Assembly: GCA_965215015.1 (NCBI GenBank) | Contig: OZ244042.1 | Location: 5,824,001-5,888,000, forward strand | Length of the DNA stretch: 64,000 bases | Reading direction: 5' to 3' | Source: Candidatus Poribacteria bacterium | Lineage (GTDB): Bacteria; Poribacteria; WGA-4E; PCPOR2b | Shown: positions 40,129 through 49,434 of the stretch, piece by piece | Position numbering within the stretch: the first letter of the stretch is position 1 | Layout of the letters: each line of letters opens with the position of its first letter | Notes under the pieces: model-generated | Seen by the model: only the letters and a program-made list of their open reading frames with translations | The model's database searches: none | What the model was told of the DNA's origin: nothing | Translations under genes and position numbers: made by a program

Positions 40129-42237
40129 TCACCCCGTCCCTACGGGACTCATAACGATATTTCCTTCGCTATCGAAGTATCCGCGGTAGTCAGGTGGAAT
40201 GACGATGGTTGAATCATATTCGTCAATAAGCAAAGGACCAGTTGTGCCTTCCTCTCCCAGATCCTGACGTGAGATGACGGGGGTGTTGATTGTCCCCCAT
40301 GATGTGCCGAAATAAGCCGCTCGACTCGACGCACGCGCGCCGAGGCGCTCCGCCGGATTGAGCACGCCCTGTTGACCGCGTATCCCCGCCTGTCCAATCA
40401 ACCGGACCGCCACAACTTCGACCGGGTTGTCCGGATCAGATCGGTGTCCATAAAGCCGTTCATGTTCTGTCTCGAAGGTTGTGTACAACGTCTGCACCGT
40501 ATTTTCGGTGAAGTTCTCATCTGCCACTGCAATCCGTATCTCCGAGGCTTGTCCCTTAAAACGTATGTCAACGCTGCAACTGAGTGCCACTTGGTCAGCG
40601 GAATAACTTTCGGTCTCGAATTGGGTGAGCATATTGTGCTGCATCTCCGCTTTAATCTGTTCCAAAGCCCTTGCATTGAGCGTTTCGCCAGAAAGCAGAC
40701 AACTGCGGACATCGTGATGCTCGACACCGGAAAAGAGTAGACCCAAGGTGCTGAATAGACCGGGCAGCGGGGGCACGATAACTTGACGGATCAAGAGTTC
40801 CTTTGCCAGTCCCGCTGCGTGAATCGGACCAGATCCCCCAAAAGCCATCAGAACAAACTCCCGTGGATCGCGTCCACGCTCGGTGGAAACAGCGCGTAGG
40901 GCCCGCATGGTACGGGCATTGGCAATCCGATGAATCCCCTCTGCCGCTTGGAGTAAATCCATTCCAAGGGGTACAGCGATGTGGTCATATATCGCTCGTC
41001 GTGCGGCTTCAATAGTGATGCTCACCTCTCCATCAGCTAGCTCACCGGGTCGAATATAGCCCAACACCACATTGGCATCGGTGACAGTTGGTTCGGTCCC
41101 TCCGCGTTGATAGCAAGCGGGTCCCGGTACGGCACCTGCACTACGGGGCCCAACACGCAAACCGCCCGCTCCATCTAGATACGCGATGCTACCGCCGCCG
41201 GATCCGACCTCAGCGATGTCGATGCTCGGAGCGCGAATCAGTTCGCCACCCCCGCCGACCAGTCGATTTCCTGCCGAAATCGTGGCACCAACTTCGTATT
41301 CTGGGCTGTAAGCCACCGCGCCATCTTCGATTATAGAGGCTTTAGCAGTGGTGCCCCCCATGTCGAGTGTAATTAGGTTATCCGTCCCTAGTTGTTGTGC
41401 CGTGAATCCAGCCGCTAACACACCGGCAGCCGGACCCGATTCAAGAACAAAGACTGGTAACCTTGCAGCATCGGCCTCTGGCGTTAATCCACCCGCCGAT
41501 TGCATCATCAACAACGGCCCTTCAATCCCCATCGTCTGCAACCCGCTACGCATTGCGTTCAAGTAACGCTGCATCACGGGACGGACGTAGGCGTTGACAA
41601 CAGTGGTGGCGGTACGTTCATATTCTTTACGTTCCGGAAGGACTTCAGATGAAAGAGAGACCGGAACATCTGACAACTGCGCTCTCAGGAAATCGCCGAC
41701 AGCGTTTTCATGTTGGGGAAAGGCGTAGGCGTGGAGGGTACAGACCGCTACAGATTCGACCCTCTCTTTCTCCAATTCCTCCTTGAGATGCCATAGTTCT
41801 GATTCCGATAGTGGGGTCAGCACCTCGCCGGAGGCAGAAATCCGTTCCGTGAGTTCAAAGCGCAAGTAGCGTTCGACAAGTGCTTGCGGCTTTTCAAAGA
41901 ACAAATCGTACATTTGGGGCGCACGAATGCGCCTCAGTTCGAGCACATCTCGGAAGCCCTTGGTCGTAATCAGTGCGGTTTTCGCGCCACGTCTCTCTAA
42001 AACGGCGTTGGTTGCCACCGTGGTGCCGTGGGCGACTTCGCTGACAGTTGTCCCTGTAGCGTCGGTTGTGCGTAGTAGATGCTCAATTGCGCTCAGCACT
42101 GCTCTTTCAAAGTCGGGCGGTGTGGAAGGTACCTTGTGGGTCCAGATGTTTCCGCTAGCGTCGATCAGGGCAACATCGGTGAAGGTGCCGCCAACATCCG
42201 CACCGATTCGCATTGTGTTGTGATTGGTCATTGTCAT
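40129..42237 (-). CDS. Hydantoinase/oxoprolinase subunit A
   Basis: DVGGTFTD, HGTTVATNA, ESGPA.G, DMGGTT, GGGSIA, FGG.GP.HA. Confidence 0.93.
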   Translation of the reverse strand: MTMTNHNTMRIGADVGGTFTDVALIDASGNIWTHKVPSTPPDFERAVLSAIEHLLRTTDATGTTVSEVAHGTTVATNAVLERRGAKTALITTKGFRDVLELRRIRAPQMYDLFFEKPQALVERYLRFELTERISASGEVLTPLSESELWHLKEELEKERVESVAVCTLHAYAFPQHENAVGDFLRAQLSDVPVSLSSEVLPERKEYERTATTVVNAYVRPVMQRYLNAMRSGLQTMGIEGPLLMMQSAGGLTPEADAARLPVFVLESGPAAGVLAAGFTAQQLGTDNLITLDMGGTTAKASIIEDGAVAYSPEYEVGATISAGNRLVGGGGELIRAPSIDIAEVGSGGGSIAYLDGAGGLRVGPRSAGAVPGPACYQRGGTEPTVTDANVVLGYIRPGELADGEVSITIEAARRAIYDHIAVPLGMDLLQAAEGIHRIANARTMRALRAVSTERGRDPREFVLMAFGGSGPIHAAGLAKELLIRQVIVPPLPGLFSTLGLLFSGVEHHDVRSCLLSGETLNARALEQIKAEMQHNMLTQFETESYSADQVALSCSVDIRFKGQASEIRIAVADENFTENTVQTLYTTFETEHERLYGHRSDPDNPVEVVAVRLIGQAGIRGQQGVLNPAERLGARASSRAAYFGTSWGTINTPVISRQDLGEEGTTGPLLIDEYDSTIVIPPDYRGYFDSEGNIVMSPVGTG

Positions 42238-43901
42238 CTTGGGATTACTGGTAATGTAATGTGAGAAGGATATTGTGCGTTATGATAGATTGTCTGGTGT
42301 GCTACCTGCATTTCGGCGTCTACCCCCGGCGTGTGACCGGTGTTCTGATTCCGATCAAAGCGTGGGAAGTTGCTACTGGAGACTTCGACGCGAATTTGGT
42401 GCCCCGCCTTGAAGAGGTTGCTTGTTTCCCAGAGTACAATCTCGTATGCGTAGATAGCATCGGGCTCGATCAACGTCGGCTCTTCATAAGACTCACGGAA
42501 TCGTGCCCGCACAATGCCTTCGCAGATGTTAATCGCCTTCCCTCCCGGATGCACATCAACGAGTGTCGCAGTAAAGTCCGTATCCGGCGCAGTGGAAGCA
42601 GCATAAAGCGTCAACTCAATCTGCCCTGTGACCTCCAAATCCTCGGTGAGCGAGGGGGTGGAGTACACCAATATATCGTCTCGGCGTTCCACAGATCGCC
42701 GATCCTGTGGACCCGTATTATCAATAAACATGCTCTGACCGCCCACGGTGGGGACAGGATTTTCGGGGTCGTAGGTGAAAGAATCTGCGGGTTCATTCTG
42801 TGGCGGTTGAGCGGTCAGTCCACCGTCGCCGTGGAGGGAATTGGCGCGTCCCCCACTGTGAAGGTAAAATTGGGTATATCGCGTCCGCGCGAGGGGCCAC
42901 TCATGCTCAGCCCGCCAGACGTTCTCCCCCATCACGAAGATTCGGATGGGGGGCTCATCGTCGATGCCGGTGTCAATTCCTTTTAGCCGTTGATCATACC
43001 AATGCAGATGAGCCCCCGGAATATCCACCGCGGCGTTTGGTCCAAAATCGATATCACCAAACGGTTCACCGCTACCAATTCCAGAGTGCGTCCACGGACC
43101 GACCAACAGTTTTGTTTGCCCTCTAACTTCCGGGGTACGAGCTTGTGTCGTCCAACCGGTGAAACACTTGAAGCCTTCGTGAACGAGATTATCGTACCAC
43201 CCGGTGATAAAATATGCGGGCGTTTCGACTTCAGCGTACCTGTACTTCATGCTGTAGGATTTCCAGAAATCGTCAAAGGCGTTGTGTCGAATCACCTCCC
43301 TATAGAACGGGCGATCACCGATGCTGTCGAGGGCGGAAATCAATGGCAATCTCCGATAAACCTCCTCCCAATCAATTAAATCTCTCGGTGCGTTCTGGTT
43401 TGTGCGGTCGCCAAGCCAGATGAAGTTCATGGCGTTCTGGAGCTGCAGCACACCGTTATATCGTATGTGCCCATAATTGTCCTCCTGGTTGGCAATCGGG
43501 ACGAGTGCCTTGACGTATGGACTCCGAAGAGCCGCCGGCAAAATCTGCGTAAATCCGGGATAAGAAACACCGAAAGTTCCGATATTTCCATCGCACCAAG
43601 GCTGTGCACCTAACCACTGTTGTGTGTCGTAGCCGTCGTTGGTTTCGTCAATGTAGGGGTGCCACACTCCCTCTGAATCGTAGCGTCCGCGGGAGTCCTG
43701 CATCACCACGGCGTAGCCGTTTTGTGCGAAACGCACCGCCCAATCCACATAGCGCGGATGTTGGGTGCTGTAGGGGGATCGGATAAGCAGCACCGGGAAT
43801 TTATCGCCAGTTGGGGGACGGTACAAGGCACCGTAAAGCCGAACGCCATCGCGCATGGGGATTTTGAGGTCCAACTGGATACGGATATCGAGGTTGGGCA
43901 T
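42234..43901 (-). CDS. CocE/NonD-family serine hydrolase
   Basis: PMRDG..L, R.PY, QD.RGR..S.G, GVSY.G nucleophile, GPW.H, SS.FPRFDRN. Confidence 0.93.
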   Translation of the reverse strand: MPNLDIRIQLDLKIPMRDGVRLYGALYRPPTGDKFPVLLIRSPYSTQHPRYVDWAVRFAQNGYAVVMQDSRGRYDSEGVWHPYIDETNDGYDTQQWLGAQPWCDGNIGTFGVSYPGFTQILPAALRSPYVKALVPIANQEDNYGHIRYNGVLQLQNAMNFIWLGDRTNQNAPRDLIDWEEVYRRLPLISALDSIGDRPFYREVIRHNAFDDFWKSYSMKYRYAEVETPAYFITGWYDNLVHEGFKCFTGWTTQARTPEVRGQTKLLVGPWTHSGIGSGEPFGDIDFGPNAAVDIPGAHLHWYDQRLKGIDTGIDDEPPIRIFVMGENVWRAEHEWPLARTRYTQFYLHSGGRANSLHGDGGLTAQPPQNEPADSFTYDPENPVPTVGGQSMFIDNTGPQDRRSVERRDDILVYSTPSLTEDLEVTGQIELTLYAASTAPDTDFTATLVDVHPGGKAINICEGIVRARFRESYEEPTLIEPDAIYAYEIVLWETSNLFKAGHQIRVEVSSSNFPRFDRNQNTGHTPGVDAEMQVAHQTIYHNAQYPSHITLPVIPR

Positions 43902-43969
43902 AAAATACTCCCTTCACCTTCTAAAAAAATGTCTGAATCAGGATACTCAGACTGAGAGGATTAACAGGG

Positions 43970-44090
43970 TTTAGGAGTTACGCACTTGAGTTTGTAGGCA
44001 CGCTCCGCGCCCCCTCCCCCTGCTTGCGGGGGGTTAGGGGGGTGGAGATTCTTAGGGAGTCGACATACGCCGTATGCCGTCCCCCCTAAG
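43970..44090 (+). repeat. REP/MITE-like element
   Basis: TTAGGAGTTACGCACTTGAGTTTGTAGGCACGCTCCGCG start shared with 47749 and the reverse complement of 39370-39402. Confidence 0.7.
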
Positions 44091-44172
44091 AACGAGGTTC
44101 AGCCTGCCAAAATTATAGCATACTTCCCCTATAGAACGGACAAAAAAGTGTTGAACAGATGCGGTAACTATT

Positions 44173-44262
44173 AACCTTTAGCGTGAGTTGGTAAGGTTGT
44201 CGTTTCCACATCGTTCAACAGTTCATCAGTTCATTAAAGAAGAATTCATTTGTACATTTAGG
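44173..44262 (-). repeat. ~90-bp dispersed repeat (copy 2)
   Basis: Reverse complement aligns with 2345-2434. Confidence 0.75.
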
Positions 44263-44465
44263 ACTTATGCAGTTGAACCCTCGACGCCTTGTCGGTCAAG
44301 ATACATATCTCGACGCCTAAATGTCCATAGTCTCGATTTGCCAAAATTGACAGACAGAAGGCCTATGTTGATGCATTTGGCAGTTTAGGCAACCCCGATT
44401 TCAGCGAGGGAAGGGGCGACAGCATACGGAGTATGCCTACGACTGATCGGTTATTAATGCGAATA

Positions 44466-45356
44466 TCATGTAATCTGATCCAACTCCTGACGCAGGGACG
44501 ATGGCAGCGGCCCCATTTCCGACGCTTGGGCAACATCCTCAAGTTCAGCGATATTGGCCGCGCCACTGGAAACTGTCGTTACCCTCGAATCCGTAAGGAT
44601 GTATTGGAAGGCGTTCTGTGCGAGCGTTCCCGGTATGTCCTGAAGTCGTTCGATGATGCGCTGGACGCTTTTCTGTTCTACTTCATCGGCTATACCCGCT
44701 ACCACCTGCAGCCGCCGGGGTTCGTCGGCGAACAAACCACCCGCCAAGGGAGTGGCGACAACGACCCCCATATTGTGAGCAGCTGCCATCGGGATAACCG
44801 CTTTTGTTGCCCTTTGCGAGCAGGGGTGATAGTCATGGTACACTAACATTGTATCGAATTCTCCGGTGTCTGCGAGTTTTACCAAGAGTGGGATGGCTCT
44901 GCCCGTGATTCCGATTCTTTCGCAAAGTCCACGTTTCTGTGCTTCCTTCAAGCCCTCAAGCGTTCCGCCCGGTTCCGTGATTCGTTCCCAAGCCGCCATG
45001 TTGACCTCATGGATCTGGGCCGTGGACAATTTTGGGATGCACAGCCGCTGCAGGCTCCGTTCGATGCTCCAAAGGACGCTGTCGCGACGGTAGTCAAAGT
45101 TCGGGGGATCATAACCGACTTTGGTGGCCACATAAAAGTGTTCCGCTATACCTTCGAGCGCACCGCCCAACAGTTCCTCGCTCTTGCTGTAAAGTGGGGC
45201 GGTGTCGATGTAGTTAATTCCCAATTCGAGTGCGCGCTTCACCACTTCGTTGGTACTCTCTTGGGCGCGTTCAGGATTATTTCCCATCAGGTACGCGCCA
45301 CCGAGACTGATTTCGCTGATCTGCCAACCTGTTCTCCCCATCGTTCGGTATTTCAT
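44466..45356 (-). CDS. Aldo/keto reductase
   Basis: Y..MG.TG..IS...LG, GINY.DTA..Y, ATKVG, SL.RL. Confidence 0.9.
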   Translation of the reverse strand: MKYRTMGRTGWQISEISLGGAYLMGNNPERAQESTNEVVKRALELGINYIDTAPLYSKSEELLGGALEGIAEHFYVATKVGYDPPNFDYRRDSVLWSIERSLQRLCIPKLSTAQIHEVNMAAWERITEPGGTLEGLKEAQKRGLCERIGITGRAIPLLVKLADTGEFDTMLVYHDYHPCSQRATKAVIPMAAAHNMGVVVATPLAGGLFADEPRRLQVVAGIADEVEQKSVQRIIERLQDIPGTLAQNAFQYILTDSRVTTVSSGAANIAELEDVAQASEMGPLPSSLRQELDQIT

Positions 45357-45514
45357 TGTTTACCTCTCAGTTACTATGTTCATTGACAGTTCTGACTCAT
45401 GTTAAGACATCGTGCAACAGAACCTCCTCTAACTCCCTGCAAGCGAAGGAGCCCCCCGCCTTCGGGGGATTACAGGGGGGGCTCGGTTTCTCTTTGCGTT
45501 TTGACTTTCTTTTT

Positions 45515-46426
45515 CTATAAACCACAGTCGGGCGCGGGCCAGGGGTGACCTTTCTCTGTCGCATCAATCATCTTTTGCAACTTGTCGGTGACGTATTGGG
45601 TGTGGATGGCGATGAGTGCCTCACCTTTCTCTACACTGGCAAGCAAGGCGTTTTCTTGGCGGGCGCGGTCACGAGGATTTTCCGGATTCGGCCCTCCCTG
45701 TGGCCAACCCTCCCCGGAAAAGGGTTCGAGATACGCTTTGACTTCGGGCGATAGATTATGGGCGTAATCCAAGTTGGCAGCGTCATACGCTGCCATCGTA
45801 AAGGCACGCACCCGTTGGGGGAACGCCGCTAACATCACGGATGTTTCGTCCTCTGAGGCGTGGTTCAGCGCAGTTTGTCGCGCCACCGTGTCCAGCTTGC
45901 CGGCTTTCAAATCTCTGTAACCTTGGAGGATGGTTTCCCGGTCCTCGTCCGTGAGCCCCATCCAGTACGACTCCTCATCCATCGTGATACCCAGGTCTTG
46001 CCGCCACGCTGGCAACACCTCCTGAAGCAATCCGTGGTTGCCTCCATGACCGTTAACGACCAGAATCGTACGAATGCCATGCGTTTTCAGGCTCTGTGCG
46101 ATATCGAAGATATATGCCCGCAGCGTCTCTTTGCGTAGCGTCAGTGTCCCCTTCCGCGCCATGTGGTACGGGGAGTAGCCCACAGGACAGGGTGGAGCGA
46201 CAGTGACTTGGGGGTAGAGCCGCAAGGCGGCCTGCTGGGAGATGAACATGGACAGGGCAATATCTAGGTCAAGGCTCAGGTGTTCGTTGTGCTGCTCGGT
46301 CGCACCGATGGGGATGATGGCGGCTTTCAATTTCCCACACTGCAACGCTTCCCGAATCTCCTTTCGGGTGCATTCCCCTAGCATGACTCTGTAGGGGTTG
46401 ACGTATCGGTTTCCCGCGTTTGCCAT
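45515..46426 (-). CDS. Creatininase family amidohydrolase
   Basis: PIGA.EQH..HL...D, S.YH...GTL, NGHGGN, HA...ETS. Confidence 0.9.
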   Translation of the reverse strand: MANAGNRYVNPYRVMLGECTRKEIREALQCGKLKAAIIPIGATEQHNEHLSLDLDIALSMFISQQAALRLYPQVTVAPPCPVGYSPYHMARKGTLTLRKETLRAYIFDIAQSLKTHGIRTILVVNGHGGNHGLLQEVLPAWRQDLGITMDEESYWMGLTDEDRETILQGYRDLKAGKLDTVARQTALNHASEDETSVMLAAFPQRVRAFTMAAYDAANLDYAHNLSPEVKAYLEPFSGEGWPQGGPNPENPRDRARQENALLASVEKGEALIAIHTQYVTDKLQKMIDATEKGHPWPAPDCGL

Positions 46427-46429
46427 AGT

Positions 46430-47695
46430 TTAGGCTCCTTTATTCCTCTCTAGCTGTCGCACGGTACTGCCCCCTTGCACGGCGTCATAGAGCTCCTTGA
46501 ACGCATCGCTTCCGTCGTCGGGAACGGCTTCCAGAGAGGAGCCTCTCTCGCAAGTCGGCATGGCGTCGTTCGGATAGACCGCGTGGAGTTCCTGCTTGCC
46601 GCAACCGTAGTAGGTAGTCTCCCCACTTGCGCGGGTATAGCGATAGATGTGACAGGGCGGATCTACAAAGGAGTAGTCCACCTTGTATTTCTGCACGGCT
46701 TCTTGGTCAACCTCCATGCCGATGCCCGGCTTTTCCGGTACACGATAGAAACCGCCGCGCAACTCGATGGGTTCTGTGATGAGTTGGCTCTTCCAAATGT
46801 TCATGCAGGTAATCGCGGGCCACTTCGCTTGGGCACATACGGCACCGAGGTGGGCTGCCCATGTTGTGGTGATACCGGTGCCGACGAGTTGCAACCAGAA
46901 GGGTTTGTTCGCTTCCTCACAAACGGTCGCCTGCTTCAGCAGACGATGGGCACCGGCACAAATAACGAAACCATCTGCTACATCTTCCTGCAGCGTGGTC
47001 AGGATGGGCGGGGAACCGTAGTGCATCGCCACAGGGCGGTTGATACGTTGGCGGATCTGTTTGTTCCCAGCGACATCATCCTGTGGAATCGGGGTTTCGA
47101 TCATGGCGACCTGCTCGTACTGTTCAAGGGTCTTAAGAAATTCGACAGCGTTGGCTGCATTCGCCAAGGTTGCATTGAAGTCCAGATCCAGCTTGAACTG
47201 CGAGGGCACATCGTTGATGATGGCACCGATTGCTGCGTGCAGATCGTACCAAGTCCGTGCTTTGAGTTTGGAGGACATATAGCCCTGCTCCGCCGCATCG
47301 GCGCACTGTTGTGCCCAATCTTTCGGAGGCATGTCCATCGCCCACCAAGAGAGCGGGCACCATTCTCGGACTTTCGTACCCAGAAGACGATAAGCAGGCG
47401 TATTCAACGATTTGCCTACTGCGTCAAAGAGCGCGATTTGCACGCCGGCACCCAAACCGTCCTCCCACAGCAGATCACCCGCCTCACGCCCCACGATTCG
47501 TTCTTCGATATCATCAGACACCCTCGCCCAGGTGTAGTTGGGAATGGTCTCGCCCCAACCGACCACGCCGTTGTCGAGGGTGAGCTTGCAAATCTGGACA
47601 ATATGCCAGTGTGGCAGCCAATACTGCATGTGTTCGTTGGTGTGCGGTGTGAAGGGAACGTCCAAGTAAGTAAGTTCAATATCGGTGATTTTCAT
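46430..47695 (-). CDS. Mandelate racemase/muconate lactonizing (enolase superfamily) enzyme
   Basis: MKITDI, G.GE, ALFD..GK, KxK, D.N, E.P, P.KPG.G. Confidence 0.88.
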   Translation of the reverse strand: MKITDIELTYLDVPFTPHTNEHMQYWLPHWHIVQICKLTLDNGVVGWGETIPNYTWARVSDDIEERIVGREAGDLLWEDGLGAGVQIALFDAVGKSLNTPAYRLLGTKVREWCPLSWWAMDMPPKDWAQQCADAAEQGYMSSKLKARTWYDLHAAIGAIINDVPSQFKLDLDFNATLANAANAVEFLKTLEQYEQVAMIETPIPQDDVAGNKQIRQRINRPVAMHYGSPPILTTLQEDVADGFVICAGAHRLLKQATVCEEANKPFWLQLVGTGITTTWAAHLGAVCAQAKWPAITCMNIWKSQLITEPIELRGGFYRVPEKPGIGMEVDQEAVQKYKVDYSFVDPPCHIYRYTRASGETTYYGCGKQELHAVYPNDAMPTCERGSSLEAVPDDGSDAFKELYDAVQGGSTVRQLERNKGA

Positions 47696-47748
47696 GATAG
47701 TATCCTCCCATTGAGATTTTATGCACTTGTGTGATGATCAAAACAGAT

Positions 47749-47930
47749 TTAGGAGTTACGCCCTTGAGTTTGTAGGCGCGCTCCGCGCCCCTTCCCCCCG
47801 CAAGCGGGGGGAAGGGGTGTAAGCAGGGGGAGGGGAGGCAGAGCGTGCCGACACCTGTCGGATGAACTGCAGTTGCACGATTCATCGGGCGGCGTGAGTC
47901 GTATAGACACCAACACTGTCGTGCAACAGT
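47749..47930 (+). repeat. Composite REP/MITE-like element
   Basis: Inverted homolog of 39203-39402. Confidence 0.75.
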
Positions 47931-47971
47931 GGAGAGCCGACACTGTTGCACAATGTTCCGTCTGACCTATC

Positions 47972-48868
47972 TTAACGGTTAAAGAAAAAATCTTCCGCTG
48001 TCTTGAAAAGAATTTGCTCTTTGTCCGAATCACTTAAAAAATCAGCGTGGTCGTTGATGAGCGCAATTGCCGCGAGGAAATCGATATGGGGGTCACTCAT
48101 TACCACGGGACCCCCGCTGTCGCTTTCCCACATACATCGCTCTGGACCAAAAGCGTCTACCACCCGCCGAATCAGTGGCAAGAGATCCAGATACGGAGCC
48201 TTCCCATCTCCCAACGTTTGGAAGGGACCCAGCTTGACCATCACGCGCTTGTGTCTTGCCATATCGCAGAGCATTTTGATATCTTCTTCAGGGAAGACAC
48301 CGTCTCGCATCCTCACCCCGCAGACATGATCCAAAATCACAGGGGTTTCTGGAAAACGGGTGCACATTCGATCCAAGTCCGGCAAATCATCAAGCCCCAT
48401 CAAGAAACTCAGGGCGAGGTTGTGCGCTGCCCCCGCTGCAAACATCTGCTCGTACCCCGGATAGTCGAGCCACCGCGTAACATCACCTATCGGCATACGC
48501 GCGCTCTTGCCGCCACGCACACGGAAGGCATAGATGCCCCGACAGGATAACGCGATCATCGTTTTATCCGGACTGGCAAGCGACACATCCGTCACCGCTG
48601 GCACAATGCCCGTTCCTACAAATGTGTCTGGGGCACTGGCGATCAGGTCTATGATGTAACTGTGGTCCAGACCGTACCAAGTCATCTGGACGAGGTTTAT
48701 CCGGACTTTGCCGACCGAACGACTGTACTCGAAATGCTGCGCCGGGGTAAAGGAAGGCAGCCATAGATCGCTCGGGTCGAAACCGGGGGCCAGTGGATAA
48801 CTTTCAAAGTCGTCTGTCCAAACGTGAATATGTGCGTCAATGACTTTATCCTGTATTGTTATACCCAT
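47972..48868 (-). CDS. Amidohydrolase_2 family protein
   Basis: IDAHIHVW, ILDH, FGPERCMWESD. Confidence 0.88.
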   Translation of the reverse strand: MGITIQDKVIDAHIHVWTDDFESYPLAPGFDPSDLWLPSFTPAQHFEYSRSVGKVRINLVQMTWYGLDHSYIIDLIASAPDTFVGTGIVPAVTDVSLASPDKTMIALSCRGIYAFRVRGGKSARMPIGDVTRWLDYPGYEQMFAAGAAHNLALSFLMGLDDLPDLDRMCTRFPETPVILDHVCGVRMRDGVFPEEDIKMLCDMARHKRVMVKLGPFQTLGDGKAPYLDLLPLIRRVVDAFGPERCMWESDSGGPVVMSDPHIDFLAAIALINDHADFLSDSDKEQILFKTAEDFFFNR

Positions 48869-49174
48869 TCGCTTTTCTTACCCTTTGCTTTGTGATAGTT
48901 TATACCTCTTCCGGATCCGCTCATGGATAGGTGTGCTTCCGCTTCATTTGATGGATGACTCTAAAATATTATCGAGGGTTCCGACCTGAAAGCGTCAACT
49001 AATTCTCGAACCCCTCTCGTTTTAACTTATTTGACCAAGCGACGTGAAAACTGGTATATTTCTTGAGATGTTATCACAAATTCCAGTGGGAAGCCATGAA
49101 AAACTTGAAAAGAAAAACAGTTGTCCAATGAACCATTTTAGTCTACCCAACACTAAATGGGATAGGAGGACATT

Positions 49175-49408
49175 GTGGCAACGGCTCTTCTCTTTCAAGA
49201 GAGAATGGCGGTTGTTCGGGACGCAATCTCGGAACTCCCTCTGATTCATCAGCAAGTGATTTGGTTATTCTACATCGGAGCACTCTCGATGAAGAAAATC
49301 GCGGCAAGACTCAGCATTAGGAAAGGGATGGTTAAAAGCCGTCTATATCACGCCAGAGAACAGCTGGCGCCCCGCCTGGCTCCCTACTTCATCGAGGATT
49401 CGTGTTGA
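49175..49408 (+). CDS. ECF sigma factor region-4-only ORF (stand-alone or remnant)
   Basis: AI.ELP...Q.V..L.Y...LS...IA..L....G.VKSRL..AR..L; AGGAGG RBS before GTG. Confidence 0.6.
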   Translation: MATALLFQERMAVVRDAISELPLIHQQVIWLFYIGALSMKKIAARLSIRKGMVKSRLYHAREQLAPRLAPYFIEDSC

Positions 49409-49434
49409 TACCAAAATAGAACAGAAAGGCTAGG

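Noticed and set aside
46475-47734. 419-aa ORF on the plus strand
   Set aside because: It is an antisense shadow of the enolase-superfamily gene, with no motifs or RBS
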